DNA from: Bacilli bacterium
GTDB lineage: Bacteria; Bacillota_I; Bacilli_A; RF39; UBA660
Direction: 5' to 3'
DNA: 64,000 bases
NCBI GenBank assembly: GCA_017527675.1
Contig: JAFXPU010000022.1
Location: 36,554-100,553 of the forward strand
This document shows, one piece after another, positions 1 to 9,144 of this stretch (position 1 is the first letter of the stretch; the number at the start of each line of letters is the position of its first letter). Under the pieces are notes generated by a model that saw only the letters and a list, made by a program, of their open reading frames with translations, was not told where the DNA came from and searched no databases. The position numbers were made by a program, and so were the translations under genes.

Positions 1-263
1 AAGTTAATGGAGTAATTAATTGTTTTAGTTATAGTGATATAAGGCGTATATATAAAACAAGGAAAATAAGTGGTTCGTTGATGCATAATGGTGAAAATTC
101 ATATTTTGAATATTTACATATAGTTACAAATGATAATGATTATGAAATTATTACATATTCAACAGCATTAATAAATGAAGATTTTTATGACATTAGTAAT
201 TTTTTATTGGAAAAGAATCCAAATATAATTGATGAGGGATTTATAAAGAAAAAAGCAAATTAG
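1..263 (+). CDS. 3' end of a gene that runs off the left edge of the window (hypothetical protein). The reading frame is open from position 3.
   Basis: No in-frame stop from the window start to the TAA at 261-263. The ORF track reports only the last 61 aa (TTG/ATG at 78/81). Confidence 0.3.
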   Translation, partial: VNGVINCFSYSDIRRIYKTRKISGSLMHNGENSYFEYLHIVTNDNDYEIITYSTALINEDFYDISNFLLEKNPNIIDEGFIKKKAN

Positions 264-348
264 CAAATATTTGATAGTAAAAATTAATATTGATGAGTAA
301 TAAATAGTTTTTAACCGTATTTTTATACTATTATAATTATAAAGGAGC

Positions 349-1050
349 ATGGTATGTATGAAAAAACCACTTATAGGAATTATTGGCAAAGTTCAACCAC
401 AATATGGAAAAGATATTTGGCATAGGATTGATGAAGTTGATGAGATAAGATACTTAATAGTTAAAAATGGTGGTACAGCAATAGTGCTACTACCCACAGA
501 AGAAACTTTAAAGTTTAATGATAATGATATTAAAGATAATACTATATTAAGTGATAGTGCTAAAAAAGAACTATATAGACAAATTGATTTATGCGATGGT
601 TTTATATTACAAGGTGGTTTATATAGTTCAAATTATGAAATAGAAATGGCTAAAAGGATTATAGCTTTAGATAAGCCACTTATAGGTATTTGTGCTGGAT
701 TTAACAATATATTAAGAGCATTAGGAACAGATGTAATAGAGGATAAAACCAAAAGTCATGATATATATGATGTAGAGTATAGACATAAAATAACAATTAA
801 TACTGATACTATATTATATAAATTGATTGGGAAAGAAGAATATAATGTAAATAGTATTCATAGCATGATAGCACCTGTAAAAAATGTTGAGAAATATGCT
901 AAAATATCTTCCTTATCATATGATGGGTTAGTTGAAAGCTTTGAATTAGATAATAAAAAGTTTATTATAGGAATAAAATGGCATCCAGAATTAATGTTAG
1001 ATGATGAATTTCCTGATAAATTATTTAAAGAATTTATTTCAAAATGTTAA
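349..1050 (+). CDS. Class I glutamine amidotransferase-like / gamma-glutamyl-GABA hydrolase family (peptidase C26).
   Basis: GICAG nucleophile-cysteine motif and an IKWHPE motif. The 233-aa size is typical of the PuuD/C26 family. Confidence 0.55.
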   Translation: MVCMKKPLIGIIGKVQPQYGKDIWHRIDEVDEIRYLIVKNGGTAIVLLPTEETLKFNDNDIKDNTILSDSAKKELYRQIDLCDGFILQGGLYSSNYEIEMAKRIIALDKPLIGICAGFNNILRALGTDVIEDKTKSHDIYDVEYRHKITINTDTILYKLIGKEEYNVNSIHSMIAPVKNVEKYAKISSLSYDGLVESFELDNKKFIIGIKWHPELMLDDEFPDKLFKEFISKC

Positions 1051-1163
1051 ATAAATATTTACATGTTTAGATAAAGGTTTAACATATAATTTATGTGATT
1101 AACTAATTAATAATTTAAAGATAAATAATAAGTATTCTCGTTTTATATTAACCATTAAAAAAT

Positions 1164-1190
1164 ACTCCCAACAATTGTTGGGAGTTTTAA
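1164..1190. terminator. Bidirectional rho-independent terminator between convergent genes.
   Basis: Perfect palindrome ACTCCCAACAATTGTTGGGAGT flanked by A-run and T-run. Confidence 0.6.
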
Positions 1191-1589
1191 TTAATTATTT
1201 TCTTTACTTGGAAATGGATTATCCCATTTAACAAATCCTTTATCTTTATAATCATTACAACTAAGGTATATTTTCCATTCTAGTTTTCCCTCTTCAACAC
1301 ATTTAACAGGAACGTATACCATACAATAGGATTTTTTATCTACATCAAGTAGTTTTTCTTTATCAAATCCAGCATTATAAACTAATTTTTTGTGTGTTAC
1401 AGTCGTTTCTGATCCTTGTTGACATTTTGGTTGAACAACATATAAATATCTTTCTAATTCTTTATTTATATCTTTTTTTATTTCATCATATCTATTAGTT
1501 TTGTTTTCTTTTTTTACTGATAATAAAAATATACATGTTAAGAATATCAAAATTAATATAGAAATATATATAACAATTTTCTTTTTCAT
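1191..1589 (-). CDS. Small lipoprotein, paralogous to the element gene at 16844..17245.
   Basis: Signal peptide with lipobox-like FLTC. Shares RYDEIK, KSYC and YLxCNDY[KE]DKG motifs with 16844..17245. The start is placed at the second ATG (1589), which has AGGAGG 6 nt upstream. Confidence 0.55.
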   Translation of the reverse strand: MKKKIVIYISILILIFLTCIFLLSVKKENKTNRYDEIKKDINKELERYLYVVQPKCQQGSETTVTHKKLVYNAGFDKEKLLDVDKKSYCMVYVPVKCVEEGKLEWKIYLSCNDYKDKGFVKWDNPFPSKENN

Positions 1590-1606
1590 ATTATTCCTCC
1601 TTTTTA

Positions 1607-2347
1607 TCATATTACATGCCTTTTGTATATTATTTCATGTGTCTTATTGTTATAAGCTATAAATACATAGTGACCATGATTACAATAATTCATTTTTTTA
1701 TCACCTAAAAATTCATCATTACAGTCACATTCTATTAAATAAATTTTGAAATCCTTTTGTTTTTCTATATCATCTATTGGTGTATTGCTAAATGGTTCAT
1801 ATTGTAAACATTTACTTGTGTCTTTATCATCTAAATATCCAATCCACAATGCCTTTTTACTATATTTTTTATTTATTTTGCTTTCTGATATGTTGTTATC
1901 TATGTAATATAAAATAGTAGTATCAACACCATTATCATAAAAATATGACTCTTTAGCGTTTTGCGGTATTCTTTTAGGAAAATTATTATAGAATGAGCGA
2001 TTATTAATATATTTAGAGTAGTATTTTGGATTAATTATGGAGTAAGTATCAGTGTAAGAAATAGTTTTAAAACCAATTACAATAGAATATATAAATAAAA
2101 ATGGTAAACTAAGTACTAATACAATCCATGTTTCATTGTATTTTTTAGTATAAGCAATAATTGCAAATAATAAATATAAAATAAAAGGTAAATAGTTAAG
2201 AAACACAATATAAATCTTTTTTAGTGTTGGTATAGGACGATAAATTTCATCTTTTGTTATTCTATAACCATAATAAAATGTAAAAACTATTAATAGTATA
2301 AAGAGAATAATAGTAACTATTAATTTAAAATAATTTTTCTTTTTCAT
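1607..2347 (-). CDS. Polytopic membrane protein, hypothetical.
   Basis: Several hydrophobic helices in the N-terminal half and a Cys/His-rich C-terminal region. Confidence 0.45.
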   Translation of the reverse strand: MKKKNYFKLIVTIILFILLIVFTFYYGYRITKDEIYRPIPTLKKIYIVFLNYLPFILYLLFAIIAYTKKYNETWIVLVLSLPFLFIYSIVIGFKTISYTDTYSIINPKYYSKYINNRSFYNNFPKRIPQNAKESYFYDNGVDTTILYYIDNNISESKINKKYSKKALWIGYLDDKDTSKCLQYEPFSNTPIDDIEKQKDFKIYLIECDCNDEFLGDKKMNYCNHGHYVFIAYNNKTHEIIYKRHVI

Positions 2348-2381
2348 AAAACCTCCATATAACTAATAAAACATTATATAA

Positions 2382-2780
2382 TTACCTTTTTTCAACATAA
2401 CTATTTTTATGAATATATTTTACTAAATCACTATCATCATTAAAAGATATATCTATTGTTTCCTCATTTCTACAATAAATGTGTCCAAATGCATTATGTA
2501 CTGAATGATATAACTCAATTTTAGTTATTGAAACACAGTATTTAATATCTTCCTCTTCAAGTAAAGATATTATGTTTTGTTTATTATTTTTATCAATATC
2601 TAAAACATAGTATGTATGCAGTGATAACTTCTTTTTAGCTTCTTTAATAAAAAGAATACCAGCAATACAAAATACAACAATAACAAAACAAATAGCTATT
2701 ACAGTTATAGCAATGTTATTGCTTTTTATTTTTTCAACTTCATATTCATCTAACTCATCAAATTCATCAAACTTGTTCAT
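2382..2780 (-). CDS. Membrane-anchored hypothetical protein with an acidic N-terminus.
   Basis: ORF with one TM helix. Start chosen at the second ATG (GGTGA RBS). The ORF track start is 2798. Confidence 0.4.
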   Translation of the reverse strand: MNKFDEFDELDEYEVEKIKSNNIAITVIAICFVIVVFCIAGILFIKEAKKKLSLHTYYVLDIDKNNKQNIISLLEEEDIKYCVSITKIELYHSVHNAFGHIYCRNEETIDISFNDDSDLVKYIHKNSYVEKR

Positions 2781-2913
2781 AACGTTTTCACCAATCAATC
2801 ATATAACTAATTTAATTATACATTATTATTTTAATTATTCAAAATTATCCTATGTTATAAGCACATGCCAATTTCTAGTTTATTCATAAGATAAACTAGA
2901 TAGGGGGATTAAT

Positions 2914-3048
2914 ATGTTTAATAATGGTAATAATTGTCCTAAAAGACAAATATGTGAACAAGTAATTGAACCAACTCAAACAAAGTGTATAGAAAAAGAA
3001 TTTTATCATGAGGTACCGCAGGATTGCCCGCTTATGGTAGACAAATAG
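2914..3048 (+). CDS. 44-aa Cys-rich small protein (CxxxxxC...Cx12C).
   Basis: Strong RBS GGGGGA 6 nt upstream of the ATG, 4 cysteines, and a perfect 10-bp inverted repeat (2874-2900) just upstream. Not in the ORF track (<60 aa). Confidence 0.3.
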   Translation: MFNNGNNCPKRQICEQVIEPTQTKCIEKEFYHEVPQDCPLMVDK

Positions 3049-3156
3049 AGAGATGAGTATATAAAAATTTTACTTATTACAAAATAAGGGTGGTGGTTCA
3101 AATGATTTAAAAATTACGTTATTTTTTGATATAATAATTGTAAGAGGTGGTGTGCA

Positions 3157-3780
3157 ATGAAAAAATGGATTATTTCTATTTTGGTGTTAGTATTAATTTT
3201 TATCACTATTTTGTTATTTGTTTTTTTACCTAAAAAGAATAATAATAAGAATAATAAAAAAACTAATGAACCAAAAGTTGAAACAAAAGTTAATAAATCA
3301 AACGAAAAGAAAAATAAGAAAGACGAACTAGAGTCCGATGCTGCTGAAGTTAAAGATGATATTAATAAAGATGATAACAGTAATAATGCTAATGATGAGA
3401 ACAAAGATGAAAATTTAACTACTAATCAACAACAAGAAGAACCAGTTTATGTTGCCCCAGCCGTGGAACAACCACAAACTCAAGTTGTCCAGCTTGAACC
3501 AGTTCAAGTATCACAACCTGAGCCGCAACCTCAACCTGTAGTCCAACAAAATAATATATGGGATGAACTTGGTATTACAGAATACGAGTATTATCATTCA
3601 CCAATGTGGACTTGGGCAAGAGTAGATTTTAAAATTGAAGACTATGGCACATTTGAGGCTACTCATCAAGCGTGTATAGATGCAGGATATAATACAAAAG
3701 ATTATTTTAGTTTTTCTTGCTCTAATATTAATAGTTATTCAGGAGATTACCTAGGAGATATGTTAGAAGTAACATATTAA
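3157..3780 (+). CDS. Secreted or membrane-anchored protein with a K/N/E-rich low-complexity region, a Pro/Gln-rich linker and a C-terminal globular domain.
   Basis: N-terminal hydrophobic segment, a charged repeat-like region and a PQPQP linker. Terminator hairpin at 3792-3816. Confidence 0.45.
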   Translation: MKKWIISILVLVLIFITILLFVFLPKKNNNKNNKKTNEPKVETKVNKSNEKKNKKDELESDAAEVKDDINKDDNSNNANDENKDENLTTNQQQEEPVYVAPAVEQPQTQVVQLEPVQVSQPEPQPQPVVQQNNIWDELGITEYEYYHSPMWTWARVDFKIEDYGTFEATHQACIDAGYNTKDYFSFSCSNINSYSGDYLGDMLEVTY

Positions 3781-3791
3781 GTTATAAAATT

Positions 3792-3816
3792 GCACTAATT
3801 ATTTAGTGCTTTTTTT
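3792..3816 (+). terminator. Rho-independent terminator.
   Basis: GCACTAAT-TATT-TAGTGC hairpin followed by a T7 run. Confidence 0.55.
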
Positions 3817-3835
3817 GTGTAGAAAGGATGATTTT

Positions 3836-6637
3836 ATGAAATCAAAAATAATTAAGTGTGCTTTGATTAGCATGCTTTTTTTATTGACAATATTTACTAC
3901 TAAAGAAGTTAAAGCAGAAGAATATACTGGTCAAGCTATTTGGATAAGTGAATATGTTGATGGAGTATATGTTAGAATGAATAGACCTGATGGTTCTATG
4001 AGATATATACAAAGTGTTTTTTTAAGAAGAAGTGAAGATAATCAATTCGTATATTGTTTAGAGCCTTTTGCTGATATAGACAATAATTTACCTTATTACA
4101 ACATAATTAGATCAGATTATGCTAATATTCTAGGTTTAAGTCAAGAACAATGGAAAAGAATTTCGTTATTGGCATATTATGGATATCAATATAATGAGAA
4201 TGGATATAATCATAATGATCCAAAATGGTATGCTATTACACAAGTAATGATATGGCGTATAACTAATCCAAATGATGATATTTATTTTACAGATTATTTA
4301 AATGGAAATAGAGTACCATATTTTGAAAATGAAATGGCAGAACTTAATAGTTTAGTTGATACTCATTATGTTAAACCAAATATAAATAATAATATTACTA
4401 TGCCAATTGGAAGCACAATAGAGTTAAACGACACAAATGGTGTTTTAAATAAATATAGAGTATCAGTATCATCAAATGTAACTTCATCAATTAATGGTAA
4501 TAGTTTATTTATTACAGCTAATAATGTAGGTGCTGGAAATATGTCTTTAGAGATGAATACAACAAAATATGAATTGCCACCAATAGTTTATATTAGTAGT
4601 CATTCACAAAGTGTATTTAGAGTTGGAAAATTTGATCCAACAATTTTTAATCTTAATATAAATGTAATTGGTGGAAGAATATCAATAACTAAAAATGATT
4701 CATGTGGTAATGTTCCATTAGATGCATCTTTAGAAGGAGCTATATATGGAATATATGATGAACAAGGAAATAAAATAACTGAAATAACTACAAATGTAAA
4801 TGGTGAAGCTACGTCAGATTACTTACCAAGTTTAGGTAAATATTATGTTCAAGAAATAAAGGCAAGTAATAATTATTTATTAGATAAAACAAAATATGAA
4901 ATTATTTTAACTGAAGAAAATACCAAAGATAATATTCCTGTTCATATTGATGTTAAAGAAAATAGAAAAGCTAAAATAGAACTTAAAAAAGTTGATTATG
5001 ATCAAAATACTGCTCAGGGCGAAGCTACTTTAGAAGGAGCTATATATGAAATATATGATGCAAGTGGTAATAAGGTTGGATCAATGACTACTGATGATAA
5101 TGGTAAAGCAATTTCTAATTATTTACCAGGTACAGGTAAATATGTTGTAAAAGAGGTTAAAGCTTCAAATGGTTACAATATAGATTCTGAAAGTTATATT
5201 ATAAATGTTACTGAAGAAAATACATGTAATAATTATAAAGTTAAATCACAAGAAAAAGTTATTACTAATACATATGAATATACAAAGGTACTAGCATCAA
5301 ATGAAACTATGATTATGGTTCCAGAAATAGGAGTCAAATTTGGTATATATGATTCAAATAATAATTTAGTAAATGAATTAACTACTAATATTCAAGGTGT
5401 ATTTAAATTTACTTTACCTTATGGAACATATACAGTAAGGCAATTAACAACAACACCTGGATATGAAAAAATAAATGATTTTAATATAGAAGTAAAAGAG
5501 CAATTAGATGATATTAAAAAAGTCATTTCAAATGCACCTATAACTACTAAATTAAGAGTAGTAAAAATAGATGCCGAAACAAAAGAAGTAATAAAAAGAG
5601 CAAATATTAAGTTTAAGATATTTGATGTTAATAAAAATGAATATGTATGTCAAAAAATAACATATCCAACAATGAAAGAAGTTTGCGTTTGGGAAACTGA
5701 TTCTAATGGAGAATTTACAACAGCTTATCCATTAATAATTGGAACATATAGATTAGAAGAAGTTAATCAAGCAATAGATGGATATCTTTGGAATAATGAA
5801 TCTCATGAATTTACAATTGATGAAAAATCTAATTTGAGAACTGATTCTGAATACGGAATAATCTTTGATACTGATTTTGAAAACACTAGAGTAAAGGGTG
5901 AAATTCAAATTGAGAAAGTTGGAGAAGTTGCGACAATTACAGATGATGGTTTTGAATTTAATAATGCACCACTTAAAGGAGTTAAATTTGGATTATATGC
6001 TTTAGAAGATATTTTTTTAAATAATAATATTATTTATACAAAGGATTCTTTAATTGGGGAAGGTATTACTGATATTGAAGGCAGAATAACATTTAAAGAT
6101 TTATATTTAGGTAAATATTATGTTAAAGAATTAGAAACTTTAGATAATTATATTTTAGATGAAAATAAATATGAAGTTGAACTATTATATAAAGATCAAT
6201 ACACACCTACAGTTGTATACTCAAATTCATTATTAAATGTCGTAAAAACAGGAACTTTAGAATTTAGTAAAATTGACTTTTCAACAGAAGAACCTCTACC
6301 TAATACTTTAATTGAAATCTATACAGAAGCTGATGAATTAATATTTAGTGGTAGAACAGATTCTGAAGGTAAGATTAAAATAGATAGACTTCCACAAGGT
6401 AAATATTATATTTTAGAAAAAGAAGCACCTGAAGGATATGAAATAAATCCTGAAAAAATGAGTTTTGAAATAAAAGAAAACGGTGAAGTTGTTAAGTCTA
6501 TAATGAAAGATAAACAAATTATAAAAGTTCCTGATACAGAAGCTAGTGATTTAAAAGAAATATTAATAAATGGCATAGCTTTAGTTTTATTTGGTATTGG
6601 CGTGATTTTATATGGAACAAAGAAAAGTAAAAAATAA
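3836..6637 (+). CDS. Large cell-wall-anchored adhesin: putative N-terminal thioester domain, tandem Cna-B-type (isopeptide) repeats and a C-terminal sorting signal.
   Basis: - Signal peptide.
- YCLEP (Cys) and TQVMIW (Gln) motifs that resemble thioester-domain signatures.
- At least four repeats of the LEGAIY.IYD..GN...TTd.nGka.S.YLP.GKYyV.E.KA..gY type.
- C-terminal VPDTE, hydrophobic helix and KKSKK tail.
- Start set at 3836 (AAAGGA RBS). Confidence 0.6.
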   Translation: MKSKIIKCALISMLFLLTIFTTKEVKAEEYTGQAIWISEYVDGVYVRMNRPDGSMRYIQSVFLRRSEDNQFVYCLEPFADIDNNLPYYNIIRSDYANILGLSQEQWKRISLLAYYGYQYNENGYNHNDPKWYAITQVMIWRITNPNDDIYFTDYLNGNRVPYFENEMAELNSLVDTHYVKPNINNNITMPIGSTIELNDTNGVLNKYRVSVSSNVTSSINGNSLFITANNVGAGNMSLEMNTTKYELPPIVYISSHSQSVFRVGKFDPTIFNLNINVIGGRISITKNDSCGNVPLDASLEGAIYGIYDEQGNKITEITTNVNGEATSDYLPSLGKYYVQEIKASNNYLLDKTKYEIILTEENTKDNIPVHIDVKENRKAKIELKKVDYDQNTAQGEATLEGAIYEIYDASGNKVGSMTTDDNGKAISNYLPGTGKYVVKEVKASNGYNIDSESYIINVTEENTCNNYKVKSQEKVITNTYEYTKVLASNETMIMVPEIGVKFGIYDSNNNLVNELTTNIQGVFKFTLPYGTYTVRQLTTTPGYEKINDFNIEVKEQLDDIKKVISNAPITTKLRVVKIDAETKEVIKRANIKFKIFDVNKNEYVCQKITYPTMKEVCVWETDSNGEFTTAYPLIIGTYRLEEVNQAIDGYLWNNESHEFTIDEKSNLRTDSEYGIIFDTDFENTRVKGEIQIEKVGEVATITDDGFEFNNAPLKGVKFGLYALEDIFLNNNIIYTKDSLIGEGITDIEGRITFKDLYLGKYYVKELETLDNYILDENKYEVELLYKDQYTPTVVYSNSLLNVVKTGTLEFSKIDFSTEEPLPNTLIEIYTEADELIFSGRTDSEGKIKIDRLPQGKYYILEKEAPEGYEINPEKMSFEIKENGEVVKSIMKDKQIIKVPDTEASDLKEILINGIALVLFGIGVILYGTKKSKK

Positions 6638-7235
6638 GAGCTGGTTTATTATAATTGGCTCTTTTATTATGCTTGTAGGAATTGGTCTTATATCTTATGA
6701 TTATTTATCAAATAAAAAAATAAAAAAACAAGAACAACAAGCATTAGATAACTTTTATAGTGAATTTGAAAAAAATTCTTTAAAAGAAAAAGTTAGTAAT
6801 AATTTTAACGAAGAACAAATTATTGAAGATTATCAAGAAAAAATAAATTATATAGCTGTTTTAAAAATACCTAAGATAAATTTAGAAAGAGGTTTAGTTA
6901 ATCCAACAAGTTATTCAAATAATATTAATTACAATCTTGAATGGTTAAATGGATCTTCTATGCCTGATGAAGAAAACGGTAATGTTATAATTGCAGGTCA
7001 TTCTGGTAATGCTAGAATATCTTATTTTAGAAATTTAGATAAACTTATTATTGGTGATGAAATTACACTTTTATATAATAATCAAACATATAAATATCAA
7101 GTTATAGATATTTATGAAGAAATAAAAGATGGGAATATTGAAATAAGAAAAGAAAAAGATGAAACAACCATAACTTTAATAACATGTAAGTATAATACAA
7201 ATTACCAAATTGTTGTTATAGGAAAATTAATATGA
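6612..7235 (+). CDS. Sortase family transpeptidase, membrane-anchored, overlapping the adhesin gene by 26 nt.
   Basis: N-terminal TM anchor, an AGHS His motif and TLITC active-site Cys. It sits immediately downstream of its likely substrate. Confidence 0.65.
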   Translation: MEQRKVKNKSWFIIIGSFIMLVGIGLISYDYLSNKKIKKQEQQALDNFYSEFEKNSLKEKVSNNFNEEQIIEDYQEKINYIAVLKIPKINLERGLVNPTSYSNNINYNLEWLNGSSMPDEENGNVIIAGHSGNARISYFRNLDKLIIGDEITLLYNNQTYKYQVIDIYEEIKDGNIEIRKEKDETTITLITCKYNTNYQIVVIGKLI

Positions 7236-7246
7236 AAGGGGGATAT

Positions 7247-8032
7247 ATGAATAAAAGTGTTAAAGATTTTGAAATATTTGGAATCACAGGATATACAGTT
7301 ATGTGTACCTATCATTTAAAAGATTCAAGATTGTCTTTAAAAGCTAAAGGCTTATTATCTATAATGCTAAGTTTACCGAAAGAATGGGATTATTCTATTA
7401 ATGGATTAACTGTTATATCTGGTGAAGGTAGAGCATCAATTAAGACAATTTTGAAGAAATTAAAAGAGGCAGAATATATCAAAATAGATAAGCTTAGAAA
7501 TGAATTAGGACATTGGACATACAAATACTCGGTTTATTATTTACCCTTCTCAAAATGGATTAAAATGCAAAATTTACCAGTGGTCGATTTACCACCCCTG
7601 GTTGAACGAACGACGGTTGAACCAGAGGTCGTGAATCAGCAACAATTAAAGATAGATATATCAAAGAATAATAATAAAAAAGATAAAATAGATAAATATC
7701 AAGACCTTACAATATCTAATGATATTAATAATCATAATATAGTAACTAAAGAGCTTATAAAAAAAGATTATATATCTTTTGATGATAGTAGCTCTTTTTT
7801 ATTTGATGATTTATTTAATCAATTAATAGAAGAAGGACATGATTATAAAAGCTTATTAATTATTACAAATTATATTATTTCAAAAATTAAGTCTAATGAT
7901 TTTAAAGATGAGTCTGGTAATGAAATTAAAAATAAGTATGGTTATTTTAAAAATGCTTTGTTTTCTAATATTAATAAATTTAAAAATATGCCAGATGAAA
8001 TATATTCAGAAGAAAGACTCGAAGAAATATAG
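7247..8032 (+). CDS. Putative replication initiator/organiser of the element (winged-HTH, DnaD/RepA-N-like), hypothetical.
   Basis: Position at the head of the SSB/conjugation block and weak N-terminal resemblance to replisome organiser wHTH proteins. Start at 7247 (GGGGGA RBS). Confidence 0.3.
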   Translation: MNKSVKDFEIFGITGYTVMCTYHLKDSRLSLKAKGLLSIMLSLPKEWDYSINGLTVISGEGRASIKTILKKLKEAEYIKIDKLRNELGHWTYKYSVYYLPFSKWIKMQNLPVVDLPPLVERTTVEPEVVNQQQLKIDISKNNNKKDKIDKYQDLTISNDINNHNIVTKELIKKDYISFDDSSSFLFDDLFNQLIEEGHDYKSLLIITNYIISKIKSNDFKDESGNEIKNKYGYFKNALFSNINKFKNMPDEIYSEERLEEI

Positions 8033-8124
8033 GGAAGGGGGTGATTTTTAAAACAAAAAAAATTCAGCAGGTTAACTGAATTAAAAAATAACCAAATATT
8101 TGATTTAAAAAAGGAGGAATGAGA

Positions 8125-8502
8125 ATGTTGAATCAAATTGTTTTAGTAGGAAGAATTGTTGCAAATCCTGAAATTGAAAAATCTGAAGAAGGAAAGGGAA
8201 GATCACAAATAACTTTAGCTGTACCAAGAAGTTATAAAAATGCTGATGGCGAATATGATACAGATTTTGTTGATTGCGTTTTATGGGGTGGTATAGCTGA
8301 GAATGTTACAGAATATTGTAAAAAAGGTGATCTAGTTGGAATCAAAGGAAGAGTTCAAACAAATACCTATGAGAATAAAGATGGAGAAAAGAAAAAAAAT
8401 ATGCAAGTAGTTGCTGAAAAAGTTACGTTCTTATCTTCATCAAAAAACAAAGAAAATGAAACTGAAAAATCAAATGAAGATAATTACGAAATAGAACTAT
8501 AG
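8125..8502 (+). CDS. ssb: Single-stranded DNA-binding protein.
   Basis: OB-fold SSB hallmarks (LVGRI..PE, WGG.AE) and an acidic C-terminal tail ending DNYEIEL. AGGAGG RBS. Confidence 0.8.
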   Translation: MLNQIVLVGRIVANPEIEKSEEGKGRSQITLAVPRSYKNADGEYDTDFVDCVLWGGIAENVTEYCKKGDLVGIKGRVQTNTYENKDGEKKKNMQVVAEKVTFLSSSKNKENETEKSNEDNYEIEL

Positions 8503-8516
8503 TTTCTAAAGAGAAA

Positions 8517-8555
8517 AGCAAAGAAATAATTTTTATTACTTCTTTGCTTTTTCTT
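8517..8555 (+). terminator. Rho-independent terminator after ssb.
   Basis: Stem AAGCAAAGAA.TAAT / ATTACTTCTTTGCTT with one mismatch, followed by a T-run. Confidence 0.45.
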
Positions 8556-8583
8556 TTTATATTTTAGAAAGAAGGAAAAACAT

Positions 8584-8841
8584 ATGACATTATTTTATAA
8601 TTTATTAAGCGATTTAGCAGGAAGAAAAATAAAAAAAGAAAGACAAGCATGGGGTATGTCTAGAAGAAAATTGGCACGACTAGTTAAAACTGATGAAGAA
8701 ACAATTAAATATATTGAAAATGGCTATGTCTGCATGTTAGATTCAGATTTACTTCGAAGAATAAGTGAAGTTTTAGATGTAAACATGTTTGATTTTTTCA
8801 AAAGAAAATTATCACATGATGAAATATTAGCAATTGTATAG
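8584..8841 (+). CDS. XRE-family helix-turn-helix DNA-binding protein.
   Basis: An HTH_XRE-like stretch (W.MSRRKLA). Confidence 0.45.
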   Translation: MTLFYNLLSDLAGRKIKKERQAWGMSRRKLARLVKTDEETIKYIENGYVCMLDSDLLRRISEVLDVNMFDFFKRKLSHDEILAIV

Positions 8842-8849
8842 GAGGAAAT

Positions 8850-9128
8850 ATGAAAAATTATTTAAGTTTATTAAAAATTGAACATCTTGAAGGTGGAACA
8901 TATAATGTTGATTCAATTTTAAATGCTATTCAAACTTTTTCCAATTGGGCATTAAGAGTTGGAATTGCTTCTGCAGGTTTATCATTAATAATTGGTTTTA
9001 TTATGTACGCTGTTGTAGATGTTGATAGAAAATCACATGTTAAACAAAGAATCATTCAAACAATGTTTGGTATAGTTGGAATTATTTTAGCTATATCAAT
9101 TGTTAATTTAATAATAGATTTATTCTAA
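8850..9128 (+). CDS. Small two-TM membrane protein of the conjugation module (TcpD/E-like).
   Basis: Two hydrophobic helices, 92 aa, immediately upstream of the VirB6-like gene. Confidence 0.4.
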   Translation: MKNYLSLLKIEHLEGGTYNVDSILNAIQTFSNWALRVGIASAGLSLIIGFIMYAVVDVDRKSHVKQRIIQTMFGIVGIILAISIVNLIIDLF

Positions 9129-9144
9129 GCAGAGGTGATTAATA

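Noticed and set aside
3114-3404. Minus-strand 96-aa ORF (Ser/Leu/Phe-rich) opposite the start of 3157..3780.
   Set aside because: It is the antisense shadow of the K/N/E-rich low-complexity region of the plus-strand gene. It has low-complexity composition and no RBS.
4700-5300. Long nucleotide-level repeats inside the adhesin gene, read at first as possible tandem DNA repeats or IS remnants.
   Set aside because: They are in-frame and encode repeated Cna-B-like protein modules (LEGAIY.IYD…KYYV.E.KAS.GY), so they are a domain duplication within one CDS and not a non-coding repeat.
7232-7246. ORF-track start of the gene at 7232, which overlaps the sortase stop.
   Set aside because: An ATG at 7247 is preceded by a strong GGGGGA RBS, and the upstream 5 codons (MKGGY) overlap that RBS. 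Similar RBS-based start corrections were made for 1191..1610, 3806, 8119, 19564, 21906, 36627, 37718, 41379..42389 and 43301.
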